52,873 nt of DNA from Dimargaris cristalligena (taxonomy: Eukaryota): NCBI GenBank assembly GCA_003614675.1, contig ML002268.1:1-52873 (forward strand), in the 5' to 3' direction. Under the pieces are notes generated by a model that searched no databases, was not told where the DNA came from, and was given only the letters and a program-made list of their open reading frames with translations. The position numbers and the translations under genes were made by a program. Every line of letters begins with the position of its first letter. Position 1 is the first letter of the stretch. Positions 13,703 through 25,829 of this stretch are shown here, one piece after another.

Positions 13703-15080
13703 TAGCCGAACACACCTTCACCTCGCATCCTGGAAGATTCCAGTTTTGAGGCCAATCATTCAAACAACCTGGCGGTCTAAAGCCCAGCTGCCACCCTTAT
13801 TCAGCTTTACCACCACCCATAATGCAAAAAAGCGGCTAGGTGGCACCAACACGTATCGCCACCATTTACTTTGCCGGACCCGGCTTATTTATTTGCCAGC
13901 ACCGACATGCTTCCGATTTCTGGCCACTGTTTGCGGTCACACTGGGAGCACGCCTTGGTCGGGGCCACTTACCTCATCTTCACCACCGCCCCAACTCTTC
14001 TAGTGAGGGCGGTGGCCTCCTTCACCAACTCGGCTGCTACTTTTTTTGTACTATGTCCATCACTATTACCTTTCAGTACGAACAGCGCCAAGCAATAAAG
14101 AATTGCGAATATATTTGCCGACAGTTCCAACCAACCTAGTTTATCCGTCAAAACGAGTCCATCATTTTCTTCTGCAAAGGCAAATGGGAACTGGGTGGTT
14201 AGTGCGATCCTTATTTTCCAGCCAACCGTATACTATAGCTATCCGCCCTATTCAAGGTAATCACAAGGAAAGACAGCCGCTTTGGGTTGTTCATCCACCA
14301 CCACATCATAAATCCGTTGGTCAACTTATTTCGATGACATGTCCTAATTATTATATGGGCGGGGTTTTGCCAATTCTTTTAGTCATTGTGTTTGATTCAG
14401 CGGGGGTTAATCAGTAGCCAGGCAGTGGACAGGGGATTATAGCTGGTTGTTAAATATAGTTCAGCCTTGCCTCTGAGTATATTGCTGTATCTCAGCACTG
14501 TCCTAGCATGGGCACCTATTAAAATGGGTTAATCAACGAGGTAATTCTAGAATTTAAATCGGGCTTCTGCAGGCTCTTATTATCTCCCTCTCTCTTTAAT
14601 TACTGGGGTGGAAGGGCATGGTTCTCGAAACCATACCTAGCTGAGCAGGGGGTTATAACACAAAACGAACAAATGGGACGGTTTGCACCACGCTGCTTTA
14701 CCTTTGGGAAATATCAGGGAGGGGAGAAGTGGGGTGGCGGAAAACACCACGGTGAACATCTTGAGTGTACATCTAATAGATTGACCACGGCCAGAAATAT
14801 CACCCAAATATATTGGCCTGTTAAGGAAGGAGGAAAAATTGGCTAATAGATTTATTCAAGGCAGCGAGGGAGAAGGATTTGGTGTCTCAGAAGGACAATC
14901 CGTTGTTTAGGTTGGTTCCCACCATGGTTAGATTTGGGTAGTCGCAATTGGCAGTGGTTGCCATTAGGAACAATAGCCATTCGGTCTCCGCTCCTGCTTC
15001 CCGCTCGCCGAGTGCTCTTTTGAACACGGGGTAGGTACAAATGAATTCAACTGACCCAAAGGGAGAGCGGATCCTAAACT

Positions 15081-15760
15081 CAGGTCTTACATGGTCCTTG
15101 GGCTTTGCTGTCTTGCATTATGGTGGATAATTCTTGTTCCCTACACGTAGGAGGGTATTGCTGACACTAGTAAACGGGTCATGTATTGTACGACATGAAG
15201 GGCCCGCCAACTTTCGAGGATTATATGGCAAAGCAGGAATAAATACTGTTGCAGCCTCTCATCGACTGTCAGAACCACTTGGACACTTTCACAATGGTTA
15301 TACATGATCAATTATTTGCGAAGGACTGTGAGACTTGAGTCCCAGCGGCTGCTTTTGGAGTAACCTTCCGTCATATATATACACCACCATCCCGTTCACT
15401 TCCACTGAACGTCCCGCATAGTGGCGAACATCGGGATCGATTATTTGGCAATTCTGGGCAGGGGGAGTTTGCACAGTCATGGTGTTTGACTATGAATGGC
15501 CGAGTGTCACAACAACCCACAGTACTGTTTATCCAATCAGCGAGACACTCCATCACAGAAAATGGATGGATACGCCTTGGGCCAGGGTTCCAGTGGGAAT
15601 ATTTACCAGTCGGTTCTCACTCCTGGGACAAACAGTTCACAATATTACGGATTGGCGGAAAAGCATACCAGCCATTAGGGCCAGGAGTAAACTACTAGAC
15701 TAGGCCTGGCTTCGGAGACTTGTTACCCGATGCTACTTCCAAAGAGCTTGGGAATTAGGT
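15081..15760 (+). mobile_element. Possible decayed non-LTR (LINE) reverse transcriptase remnant
   Basis: Degenerate motifs occur in LINE order across shifted frames: VLHGP, FEDYMA...LLQPLIDCQNH, LPSYIYTTIPF, YLAILGR, AWLRRL. The region carries stops and frameshifts. Confidence 0.28.
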
Positions 15761-18701
15761 TTCAGGTGGTCTATAAGTTTAATTAGCCCAGGAACAGAGA
15801 TGGGCTGCCTTAACTATGGAACGGAGTTAGTCGAGGCAGCAATGGTAAACCAGCACCTGGTCAGGTGTAAACTAGATCCACCAACACCATTAGTTTACGA
15901 ATGGGGGTGTGAAAACGCCTCTTTCTCTAACACCCCCCCCCTTGCTTCGAGTTCCAGCTGAGATGATCGGATGGGTATGTAATGGCTAAAAATAAATTGG
16001 ACGCCTGTAAATAAAATTATGCGGAGGCTCAGTTGTACGCGCGGGTCGAATAGAGCCACTGAATTCAGTGAGACCATACACCAAAAGGCCTTGGATAGAA
16101 TTGAAAACAGACTGTGAGCAGAGATTATTAGGTCTACAGGTCACTGATAATACTGGGTAATTATTGACTTGAGGTTGATTACATAGACGGGCCTCACCGG
16201 CGAAGCCCAGTGCAGTCAAGACCCACTACTACCCATAACAAGTTCCAGAGGCCCAATACGAGACTGGCATGATATGCAATCTAAATAAGATAGACATCTT
16301 CTGGTGTAAGGTTCGCAATTGGAAGCCGGCCGTCGATACTATTGAGTGTTCGAAATAGCATCAATCATCGGTCCACCACCCAGCAATGGGCCCAATTAAT
16401 AGCCCATCCGCTGTCGAAATACATACAGGAGAAAAAGGGCGCCGATTGGGCCAAATGGTCGCCAAGGCCTACCCCATTGTTATTCATCATCGTTATTATC
16501 ACCTCTACCCAAGCCATGCCGAATGGATAATGTGGATTTTTTTCGATGCAGACGCAAGCGTATCTGATGACGAAGTAATGTAATCCCTAGTTCTTTGACC
16601 GCGTTTAATTCGCCCACAACTGTCTTATTAGTCTCATATACGAATTTACTGGATCCCTTTATCGTGCATGTGGAAGGCGTTAATGCAACCAGCCAATGAA
16701 ATAGGGCCAATGCGATGCCGCCGCCCTTAGGATGATTCGCAGATACCTGCCCCATCTGACTAGAATCTGGGGGGGGGGGGGGCGCTGGAGTTAAGCCAAT
16801 AGCTTCTAACGGGCCATGTCGGCCGTTTCCAAAAACGAGTCGAGGTCTCAGGAAATATAGTATCTTGCCCTCGGTATCGAATTGTATCGGTGACCCACAT
16901 AGCAACGCGTAGTTATCTCTATCTAGATCACAGAGTATCCCTAACAAGCCGTCTTGTCGATTATTAATCGAAGGGCTGTCTTTACAATTATTTGCCAAGG
17001 GGGAAAACCACCAATTGATTTTTTTAGAGATGACGACGTCAATCGAAGATCTTTGGAAGTGGCATGGTAGATATTAATCGTTTTTCAAGCGTAGCCAAAG
17101 CCCTACTGGATAGAGCCACTCGTACCCAAGCGATGGCAACCGGTACTTGTTATATTACCCAATAGCCCCTTAAAGGCAAGTAACGTCATGAAAACTAACC
17201 GCCCACTATGAGAAATGATTTAATTCTTATATTTGACAGGGCAAATTAATATAATGTCAATTGATCGGATGTATTTAGTTGCCGAGCCTTTGGCGCATGG
17301 TTTTCGCAGACCCCCTCACCCATGCCTTGGTCGTATATACTATTACCAAACCCCTGTTCATGCACAACCGACCACAAGGGTGACCCTGTCTGCAGGTGTC
17401 CCGGCCGACTATGCCCCATATAAGCCCGGCGGAATGAGGGGGAGGGGGGTAGCAGGAGAAGTAGAAGAACACCGTGCACCACCTTGCCCTCCCCCCCTAC
17501 TATAGCAATGGGGCCTGCCGCTTTAGTTGGTTAGTTATTATTTCTTACCATCTAGAATCCTCAATTTAGTCGTCGGTGTTACGCCGCCAGCCCTTTGAGG
17601 TTAAACCAATGTTTAGCTAGCCACGGCGATTGGTGGGTGGTCTTGAGGCCTGTCGATGCGCTGTGCTCTACAAGGGTTGGAGGGCTGGCGATACCAATGG
17701 GTATATTGTGGGGCGAAGGAAAGAGAGGCGTGGTACACGACGCTACACCATCTGGGAAGAAACGTGGCACTACCTCCCCCTCTCTATGTTTCTTGGGCGC
17801 CTCTACCACCTATCTATACTAACATGTAGGTAAGATGGTTTAGGCCAGGCCCTCCTAGACGAATCCTTTTCCTCTCACTTTAGATAAACTTGGCCCATTT
17901 AATTAGTGGAATTGAGGGAGGGGGACCACCAATATATTTCCATGCTGTCGCTGCGGGCTATCAGCCAACCGGGGGGATGTACATGCCTTCCATCTATCTC
18001 ATACTAGACAGAAGACATTTCGGCTAATTATTCTCGCCTTTACGCTCTCAACCAGGCCAATGGTGACAAGTCCGGATGACACTGTGCCGCTCCTCCGGTG
18101 GCCATGCGGGTAAGAACGCTACTACGGTTGGTGGAGCACCTTACGCCTAGGCTGATTTGGCCCTCAAAACGGAAATAAACGTGTGCCAACCGCTCTCCCC
18201 CGCAAAATGATGGTCAATATTGATAATAGTGTATGTGCTTGGGGCCGTGAAAAGGAAGGGAAACTGCCAAGCCAATCCGTGTGAAGGAGTGTCTTCTGAT
18301 GGCCTAAGGGTTGAGGAAGGCGAGAAAAGGTACTGATGGATGGACCAACAACCCTCGCCAAACTAGTGGTCAATCGTTCACCACCTTGAAACGGTCAGCC
18401 GCCTTTGGCACTTGCCGAATTTGCTGGTCTGCGGTTGGCCAGGGCTGGCGTGGCTACGATCTCTGGCTTGGACCGGGGTTATTTATTAGTGCACACACTC
18501 TCACTTAGTCTAGTATTATTATTATACTATTATTATTACTACTACTTACTAGGTAAATGGAAGGTCGCGGGCATTTTATTATACGGGTGCTTCCGAAGCT
18601 GATGGGCCAATTGAACTAACAAGAAGGGGAACCCCCCTTCCTCTTTGTGCACTGCTCTTAAAGAACCCAGAGTTTCCTGCTGCTATCTTCGGGCGAATAC
18701 A

Positions 18702-18710
18702 TATATAAAG
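18702..18710 (+). promoter_or_regulatory. Candidate TATA box upstream of the GH19 chitinase
   Basis: TATATAAAG followed by a pyrimidine-rich leader, ~750 bp before the ATG at 19456. Confidence 0.35.
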
Positions 18711-19455
18711 AGCCGCCTCGCTGTCTAATCATTATCATCATCAGCAGCACTCCATTATTCTTTTCCTTTCGCTTTATATCTCCCTGGTTACCGATAGACA
18801 CTGGTGTCTTTCCGTGCCTCATACTTTAGCCCCCCTCGTTCGTTTTACGATACACATACCTTTCATCATTTGGTCAATTACCATTAATAATAATAATCCC
18901 CTTCGCCCTCCGGATTATATAAGACCTCGGATCGTACTATCCTATCCCCATTCCCCCTTTGGCTACTCCTTTCTCCCCTTTTATTCCCCACCCGTTGCTT
19001 ACTCCGGACCCTGGCTGGCCCTTAGTTCGCTTTGGAATGTTATATTGACTTACCCCTCGACCCACTGTCTGCTGTTACAACCGTCGAATTTCCCTTAAAA
19101 CTATTCTGCTGCTGGCTGTTTATGTCCCTTTAAACACCTTCCGTGCCCTGCCTTTCAGAGTAATCTTATACGATAAAACTGGATTTTGTTGTATAAATTA
19201 TATCGCCGCGGATATTTCTCGATCATCTAGCCCCCTGATTTAGTCCCGACCTCGGCTTACTTTTTTATTACATTGTGTTTGATTTGGCCCGGTGCCTCGA
19301 CACTTTCGACCCAAGTCTATCTTCTCTCCACCCATTCTTTCGCTTCACGTGTATTTTATAATAAGTCACCGAGTCTTCTCCCGCTGCGCGGAAATCTCTC
19401 ACTCCTTTCACAAATTACTCTCTTAATTTCTGACGCACTGCCTAATTTAATAACC

Positions 19456-20667
19456 ATGTACGTCTCCGCCAAGTTTTTTGCCCTCGCCTCCCTTCTGGCT
19501 ACCCCGGCCCTGGTGGCCGCCGTTCCCTTTGCCGCCCCCGTGCCCTTGGCCGTCCAAGGTGACACCTGCGACGGCTCGGCTGTTATCGGCTGTACTGCCG
19601 ACGGTAAGTCGGTTGCCCTTTGTAATCAGGGTACCTGGTACGCCCAGCCCTGTCCCCAGGACACTTGGTGCACAGCGCTCTCCTGCACCTGGGAGAACGC
19701 CAGTGAGGCCAACAATAACGCCGACACTGTGCCTCAACAATCGTCCAACGCGGCTACTCTCCCCACTATGAGTGCTGCTGACACACTTCCAGTTTCCTCC
19801 CCGGTTGCTTCGGACGTCGTGAATCGTCAGGATGAAATCTCCGTATCCTCCAGTTCCTCGGCTCCTGCTGCTTCTGGTAGCCCCTCCGGCGGCTACGACA
19901 CCGGTGCCGCTGCTGGCTCCCCCAGCAACTATGGCACTGGTGCTTCCACCGGTTCGTCCGGTTATGACTCTGGCGCCTGGTCACCGTCTTCCGCGATCCC
20001 TTCCCCAAGCTCGACTTCTTCCGATGGCTACGGAAACAGCGGGTCCGGCAGTAGTGACTCGTCCAGCGGTAGTGGTCTGATGACCTGCTCTGAATTCAAG
20101 AACGCCGTCACTTCCAACGGCTACGCCGAGCCTAGCGACGCTCTGTGCCAGTCCATCGTCTCCCAATTCAGCAAGGCTGGCATCACCACTAAACTCGAGG
20201 CCGCCATGTTCGTTGCCCAGCTCATGTGGGAATCCGGCGGCTTCGTCTACGTTAGCGAAATTCGCTGTGCCGAGACCGGCTGCGCTGGAGACTACCAGAC
20301 CCCTGGCGTTGACGTGCCAGGAAAGACCTATTTTGGTCGCGGCTACATTCAGCTAACCTGGGCCGGTAACTACAAGGAAGCCTCTGAGGGACTCTATGGT
20401 GATGACCGTCTCCTGACCAACCCCGAGCAGGTTTCCTCGAACCAGGACACTGCCGTCGCTGTGAGCATGTACTACTGGAAGGCCCACGTTCATAGCGCTC
20501 CCGGTGTTTCTTCTGGCCAATTTGGCGCTGCCACTAAGGCCATCAACGGTGCTCTCGAGTGCGGTTCCGGTCCTAATACAGCCACCGCCCAAAAGCGCTT
20601 CGCCATTTACGAAAAGGTCCTTAAGGCTCTCAATCTGAATGATACTCCTAATAGTGCTGGCTGCTAA
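19456..20667 (+). CDS. Secreted glycoside hydrolase family 19 chitinase: signal peptide, Cys-rich CBM19-like module, Ser/Gly linker, GH19 domain; intronless
   Basis: Signal peptide MYVSAKFFALASLLATPALVAA. Six-Cys module CDGSAVIGCTADGKSVALCNQGTWYAQPCPQDTWCTALSC. GH19 motifs AMFVAQLMWESGG...VSE, YFGRGYIQLTWAGNY, SMYYWK and FGAATKAINGALEC. Confidence 0.93.
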   Translation: MYVSAKFFALASLLATPALVAAVPFAAPVPLAVQGDTCDGSAVIGCTADGKSVALCNQGTWYAQPCPQDTWCTALSCTWENASEANNNADTVPQQSSNAATLPTMSAADTLPVSSPVASDVVNRQDEISVSSSSSAPAASGSPSGGYDTGAAAGSPSNYGTGASTGSSGYDSGAWSPSSAIPSPSSTSSDGYGNSGSGSSDSSSGSGLMTCSEFKNAVTSNGYAEPSDALCQSIVSQFSKAGITTKLEAAMFVAQLMWESGGFVYVSEIRCAETGCAGDYQTPGVDVPGKTYFGRGYIQLTWAGNYKEASEGLYGDDRLLTNPEQVSSNQDTAVAVSMYYWKAHVHSAPGVSSGQFGAATKAINGALECGSGPNTATAQKRFAIYEKVLKALNLNDTPNSAGC

Positions 20668-20778
20668 GCCCAGTCAACCAATAGGATTCCCCTAATATTC
20701 ACGGCATTTTTACACCCTTCCCCCCTGACCTGCACATAATGTTGATTACACCTATGTAAATATCCCCCCCCCCCCCCC

Positions 20779-20821
20779 NNNNNNNNNNNNNNNNNNNNNN
20801 NNNNNNNNNNNNNNNNNNNNN
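20779..20821. other. Assembly gap (43 N) next to poly-C tracts
   Basis: N run preceded by C15 (20764-20778), with C12 at 20851-20862. Confidence 0.99.
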
Positions 20822-21385
20822 CCTCTACATTGCACTTCAAAATTAAATAACCCCCCCCCCCCATATTCACCGTTACCTTTGTTCGCAAAAGTCGGCTTTG
20901 GTCTCGCTGGTTCTCTGCCATTGCTATTCGCTACCTTTAGTGTGGGCGACCATGTCCTCCCATTCCTTTTAGAATAGCTTAGAATTGTTGAGAGACAAAG
21001 CAGAACGAACATATTGCTATCCTCACAATGTACGATCATGCTCTTAACCGAATAAAAAATCTATATCTACCCACTCCAAAGTTCAATCTAAGATATCAAA
21101 ATATCTCCAATGTGTTTTATAGGATTTCCATAGTATAGAATTGAGGTAAAAAACAGCAAGTTTTCCCTACTAAATTGTACAGTTTTACTCCCCACTCTCA
21201 AATCCAAAGACACTTCCTTTCCAATGGAGTATATTGTATTCCATAAATAAAACAACAATCCTGCTCATAATATATACATTTTTTTTAAAATTACCCAATA
21301 ATTTTATATTGGTCGTTCGAGGATAGCAGCCGAATAGCTTAGGTACTATATATTCCAGGTGGGTCCGGGGTATATGAGTCTAGGC

Positions 21386-23409
21386 CTAGCAGTTGCTGCC
21401 TGAATTAGGCCGAGAGAGAATAGTATAAGAGGCTTCAGACTCGGTAGCCTTCTCTTTGCGACGTGTTTCTTGAACATATAGTTGCATCTGTTAGTGCAGA
21501 CAGGGGTTGTAATTTTATAAAGGCCCAGTAATATTAATAAATACATTTAGAGCAGGCTCTCCCATACGCATGGTATGTATAGCATACATACTGTCAAAGC
21601 AACAGCACAAGTGCGATCGGGTTTAGGCTATGATATGATTCACTCACTGAAATGGTAGTGTATTAAATATCTTCACTTACCCTTAATTCAGGTACGGCAA
21701 TGGACTTAAGTGGTACCAGGTGTTGATATACTTGGTTTTCAGGGTCTTGGGGCGTATCAACGGGGACCCACGTTTCAACCTAAGTGGTATGAAGTTATAT
21801 AGGAGGTATGTTTTATGTCAGATTCAACGTGAAGGCCGTCATGCCTTCTGGCCACCTCATTAATACCAAACAGACACGCAATCTCAGGTGGAGAATACCG
21901 GACAGTTGTCTAACATTATACCTTCAAATGGGCATTCGCATTCGACGATGGCTTAAGTTCAATAGCTATTGAAAAGGTGCAATCTAATAGTGGGTGTAGA
22001 AGGGAGTGGCAGTAAATTTACTCGGTATTAGTACTAGCGGCGAATAAAGGTATGTGGGGAAGACTGCAATGATGTATCCAACACATCACTTAATGCCGAC
22101 CTACTACACCTGTAGAGCGGATTGGGGCCGTGATAGGAATGCTCAATTACTAGTAGTATTAATTGCTCCTAATTCAGCTTTCCTATATTCATAATAATAT
22201 TATAATTGCTGATAGGGCGACATACCCGGGGGAATTTCGCTTAGCTTAGTGTCACAAAGTTGTGCGCGTAATAGAACTGATCGAAAGCTGGTGATCAAAA
22301 TTTCCGGAGATCTAGTGACGGTAATGGGGTGGGAGGGAGGGAGTGTATAAAGTGATAGATGGGTACCGCTGGGACGCGTTACGTTGAGCGAACATGGAGG
22401 ACTTAATGCGCTGCTTAGGCCCTAGGGCAAACGAGTAACTATATCCAAGAGATCGTGAAGGTTTAAACGGAGAAAGGCGCGGGTTCACCACGAATGTTCT
22501 GGGATGATATATTTACCTGTTCGCTGAGCGAACATCCCACTGCGAAATTTCGAGAGTGATTCGCTCTAGGGTTCGCTCATTCGAGTCTAGGATCATAATA
22601 AACAGCTTGTTCAAGACACCCTTTGGGTATGGCCGAGGAGAGGTCGGCGAATCACAATTATATATATATAGGCTGTTAGTCAATGTATGGGGTCATGTAG
22701 GTCGGCGGCCCTGGTGGAACCCACTTCCTTCGATGTACCGGATGAATCCGGAATTGTACTAAGAGTAGGGGTAGGAGTAGGATAGGGCCAATATCGGAGT
22801 TTCTGAATCAATATTAAATAAAGTCTCACCGTTTTAACTAGCCGGTCCACGTCCTTGATCGAATGGCTAATGTAGGAATTCAGGGCAGGATGCCTTGACA
22901 TGAAGACCGGAATTCCATACCGGTTTTTCTTTTCAAACAGAGCTGGGTATGGTTGCAGGACAGGGTATGGCAACAAGGTTAAGAAATTAAATTTGAATGT
23001 TTAAGGTGGGATTTAAAACAATTGGTATGCCCGGGCTTCGGCTACCCCAATCGAGTCCTGTAGATAAATCTCGTTAATGGCAATAGTGGGGGTGGCCAGA
23101 CTTACTAGGCGGGTAAATGTGGCGGGAATAAATGACCTGGTGGACCAATGCCTCGACTAGAGCGGCGTCAGGTAGGGCAGCGTAGTCGGGTTACGACGAC
23201 ATGATAAAATGGAGAGAGTACATGTAAATTGGGCCATCGTAGATAGATATATCATAGAAATTTGGTATTATACGATTTATTTTATAGGAATTACCATCTG
23301 GGGTTGGATTTACGTAGGATTTGTATTATTATAGCCTATGCCTACCAAAGTCGTTGAGTAGCTGACCATCGGTCGCTACTGTACCCGAGGGCGGTTGGCC
23401 GGCTGTCAT
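21386..23409 (-). CDS. REV7: DNA polymerase zeta accessory subunit Rev7/MAD2L2 (HORMA domain); about 8 exons
   Basis: Manual splicing gives MTAGQPPSGTVATDGQLLNDF|VEALVHQVIYSRHIYPP|TLFEKKNRYGIPVFMSRHPALNSYISHSIKDVDRLVKT|GVLNKLFIMILD...|SPEILITSFRSVLLRAQLCDTKLSEIPP|DCTFSIAIEL...|VETWVPVD...LVPLKSIAVPELR|MQLYVQE...SNC*, the typical Rev7 pattern. Confidence 0.88.
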
Positions 23410-23850
23410 GATTAATGGCGAGGTGGTAGTGTATGGTAGTAATGGAACGGCCGATAAGCGGAGTATTTTTCGGAAGGGCTAAGGTATATCGAATGAGCTA
23501 GTGTAGTCGCCGAGGTAGTCCATTCCAACAGGCGCTGCGGAGACTCTTATCGAGACGGGCTCATTCCATCGAGGAAAGGGGTGTGCGGTGTGGCAATAAG
23601 GCACATACCACGTTTGTGGGGCGACTCAAAGGCACGTGATGAAAATGAAAAGAAAGTGCCTAATAGCCGATGATTGGGACAGGCCAGATACAGTGGACGA
23701 GTCCAGCCAATGTGAAAAAAATTGTAGACGCAAAAAAGTTTTGGGAGAAAGCTGAGGAGGAAGGCAGAAATCTCTATAGTGGGAGGCAATGGGCGGCCAA
23801 AGGCCCCCACAACTCCTACCAACTTACCCACTGGCGCACATAGTTAGAAT

Positions 23851-23892
23851 AGAGACAGAGAGAGAGAGAGAGAGAAAGTGTGTGTGTGTGTG
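23851..23892. repeat. Compound (GA)n/(TG)n microsatellite in the divergent REV7-EGD1 promoter region
   Basis: agagacagagagagagagagagagaaagtgtgtgtgtgtgtg read directly. A C11(TC)n tract lies at 24151-24177. Confidence 0.9.
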
Positions 23893-24128
23893 CGAAGTGG
23901 AAAGAGGGATAGGCTGTACCAAAAATAAGGCGCTAATACGCGGGGATAATAGGATAGGGCTGAGTGGGAAAGGGGAAAAGTGAGTGAAGCGACCCATAGA
24001 CCGCATAGCTTTGGATAGCCAGGCGCCCCGATCCCTTCTCTTCCTCTCTCTCCTGCACATTGCTCGCTCTATCACACCCTACGTTACCTCGTCGACGGTC
24101 GTTTCCTTCACACTAAAGCTACTCCAAG

Positions 24129-24741
24129 GTGAGTCGGTGCGAGTCACGCACCCCCCCCCCCTCTCTCTCTCTCTCTCACTTCTTGAGAACGAAGATACCT
24201 ACACCATCGCCCTCGTCTTTATACCTATCATACCCGTCGCCTAGTCCGTCATCCTCGTACCTCCCTGCCGAGTCCGCCGTTTCAAGGTCGGAATCCCCGG
24301 GAAGGATGGAGCAGATCGGTTTGATAGATCGAAGGGGGGAAATTAGGGGATCTAGATCTTGGATCGACAACTTCTTTGGCCGATGATCTAAAGAATCAAT
24401 CTCATCGCTGTATGCGAGCGTGAATCCGATGGCCCTTGCCCCTGGTCTTGAATAAGATCGCGGATCTCACTCGACTTTGCCCCCCATCTATTCGACTTTA
24501 CTGGTATCCCGACCCCTTCGATCTAACCTACCGGGCTCGCCCACCTCTGAGTCGGCCTCGATGTCCTTCGCGATCTCCTCCGCCCCTTATGGCCAACCCC
24601 GGCCCCATTTTCTATCTTCGTTTTTCAGAAAACATATGGGTCCGACTACTTCTTTAGACTACTGGCCAATTTTCTACCCTTTACTAATTCATATCCTTCA
24701 ATTGGTATCATGTATCCCAATCATCATCTCGCCGTCTTTAG
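24129..24741 (+). other. Probable 5'UTR intron of the NAC-beta gene, ending immediately before the ATG
   Basis: Donor AAG|GTGAGT at 24129, branch-like TACTAAT ~24682-24688, acceptor TTTAG|ATG at 24741. There is no ATG in the ~130 nt upstream of the donor. Confidence 0.7.
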
Positions 24742-25257
24742 ATGAACGCCGATAAACTCTCCAAGCTCCAGTCCCAGGCCCGCATCGGAGGTAAGGGTAC
24801 CCCCCGCCGTAAGATGAAGCGGACCACCAAGTCGACCTACGTCGAAGACAAGAAGCTGACCCCCGTGCTCAAGAAGCTGAACGTCAGCCCCGTCTCCAAC
24901 ATCGAGGAGGTCAACATGTTCCGTGAAGATGGTAAGATTATCCACTTCAAGGCCCCCCATGTCCAGTCTTCCGTGGACGCCAACACCTTCGTGATCAGCG
25001 GCAAGGCCCAGGAAAAGGAAATGGCCGAGCTGATCCCCAACATTCTGGCTCAGATGGGTCCCGACTCCATGGCTAGCCTCAAGAAGCTCGCCGAGGCCTA
25101 CCAGCAGGCTCAGGGTACCGCCGGTGCCGAGGGTGAGGAAGACATCCCCGATCTGGTCGGTGATTTCGACGAGAACGCCGATGCTGAGGTCGAGGCCGTC
25201 GCCGAAACCGAAGAGGCTGCCCCCGCCGCTGAGGCCGCCGCCCCCAAGGAAGAGTAA
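24742..25257 (+). CDS. EGD1: Nascent polypeptide-associated complex beta subunit (Egd1/BTF3)
   Basis: [24 protein letters not shown]...EDKKL...[34 protein letters not shown]...[10 protein letters not shown], with strong C/G-ending codon bias. Confidence 0.97.
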   Translation: MNADKLSKLQSQARIGGKGTPRRKMKRTTKSTYVEDKKLTPVLKKLNVSPVSNIEEVNMFREDGKIIHFKAPHVQSSVDANTFVISGKAQEKEMAELIPNILAQMGPDSMASLKKLAEAYQQAQGTAGAEGEEDIPDLVGDFDENADAEVEAVAETEEAAPAAEAAAPKEE

Positions 25258-25829
25258 GCGACGGATGATGCCATTTCCCCTTTGGCATCGTTTCCCTGTC
25301 CTTATTTTTTAAGCCCTTGCTAAAGGTCAATCTTTTTCTTGACTGCCCAACCTCCAGCCCCCCCCCTCCCTTCTCTCCAATCTGTTTATTTTTTTTGTGG
25401 TTTTAATCCCGTACGGGTGTGTGTGAGTTCGCGTAGCTCGCATCAATAAATACACATTTGTATTTCTCCACTTTCCCGAGTTGAATTCTCACTGCAGTAT
25501 TTGTGGAATAGGTGGCATTCGAGCTTCACTTTCTCTTTATTGAGACAGTCGCTGATAGATATATAGTGACCGTTGGCCAATCGAATCGTGATGTTTAATT
25601 GATAGATCTGGAAAATAATACCACTTAAAATTGTGGATAATGCCTTTTAAGATGCAATTTTATGAACACCCGAATTGGGGATGTGCGATCCAAGCGGTGG
25701 TTTTGCCTAGTATCGTTTGGTTTAAAGTCTAGTCAGGTGAGGTCTAGGGGGGGGGGGTGGAATTGAACAGGACTTGCATTTAAAAATATGATAAACGAAA
25801 AGAAAAGAAAAAGGTTTCGGGATGCAAAA

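Noticed and set aside
16480..16998. 172-aa minus-strand ORF
   Set aside because: It has a non-ATG start, runs through a G14 homopolymer and shows no recognisable domain, so it cannot be supported as a gene.
24691..24702. ATATCCTT resembling a U12-type splice signal
   Set aside because: It lies between the branch point and acceptor of an ordinary GT-AG intron, with no matching U12 branch point and AC acceptor.
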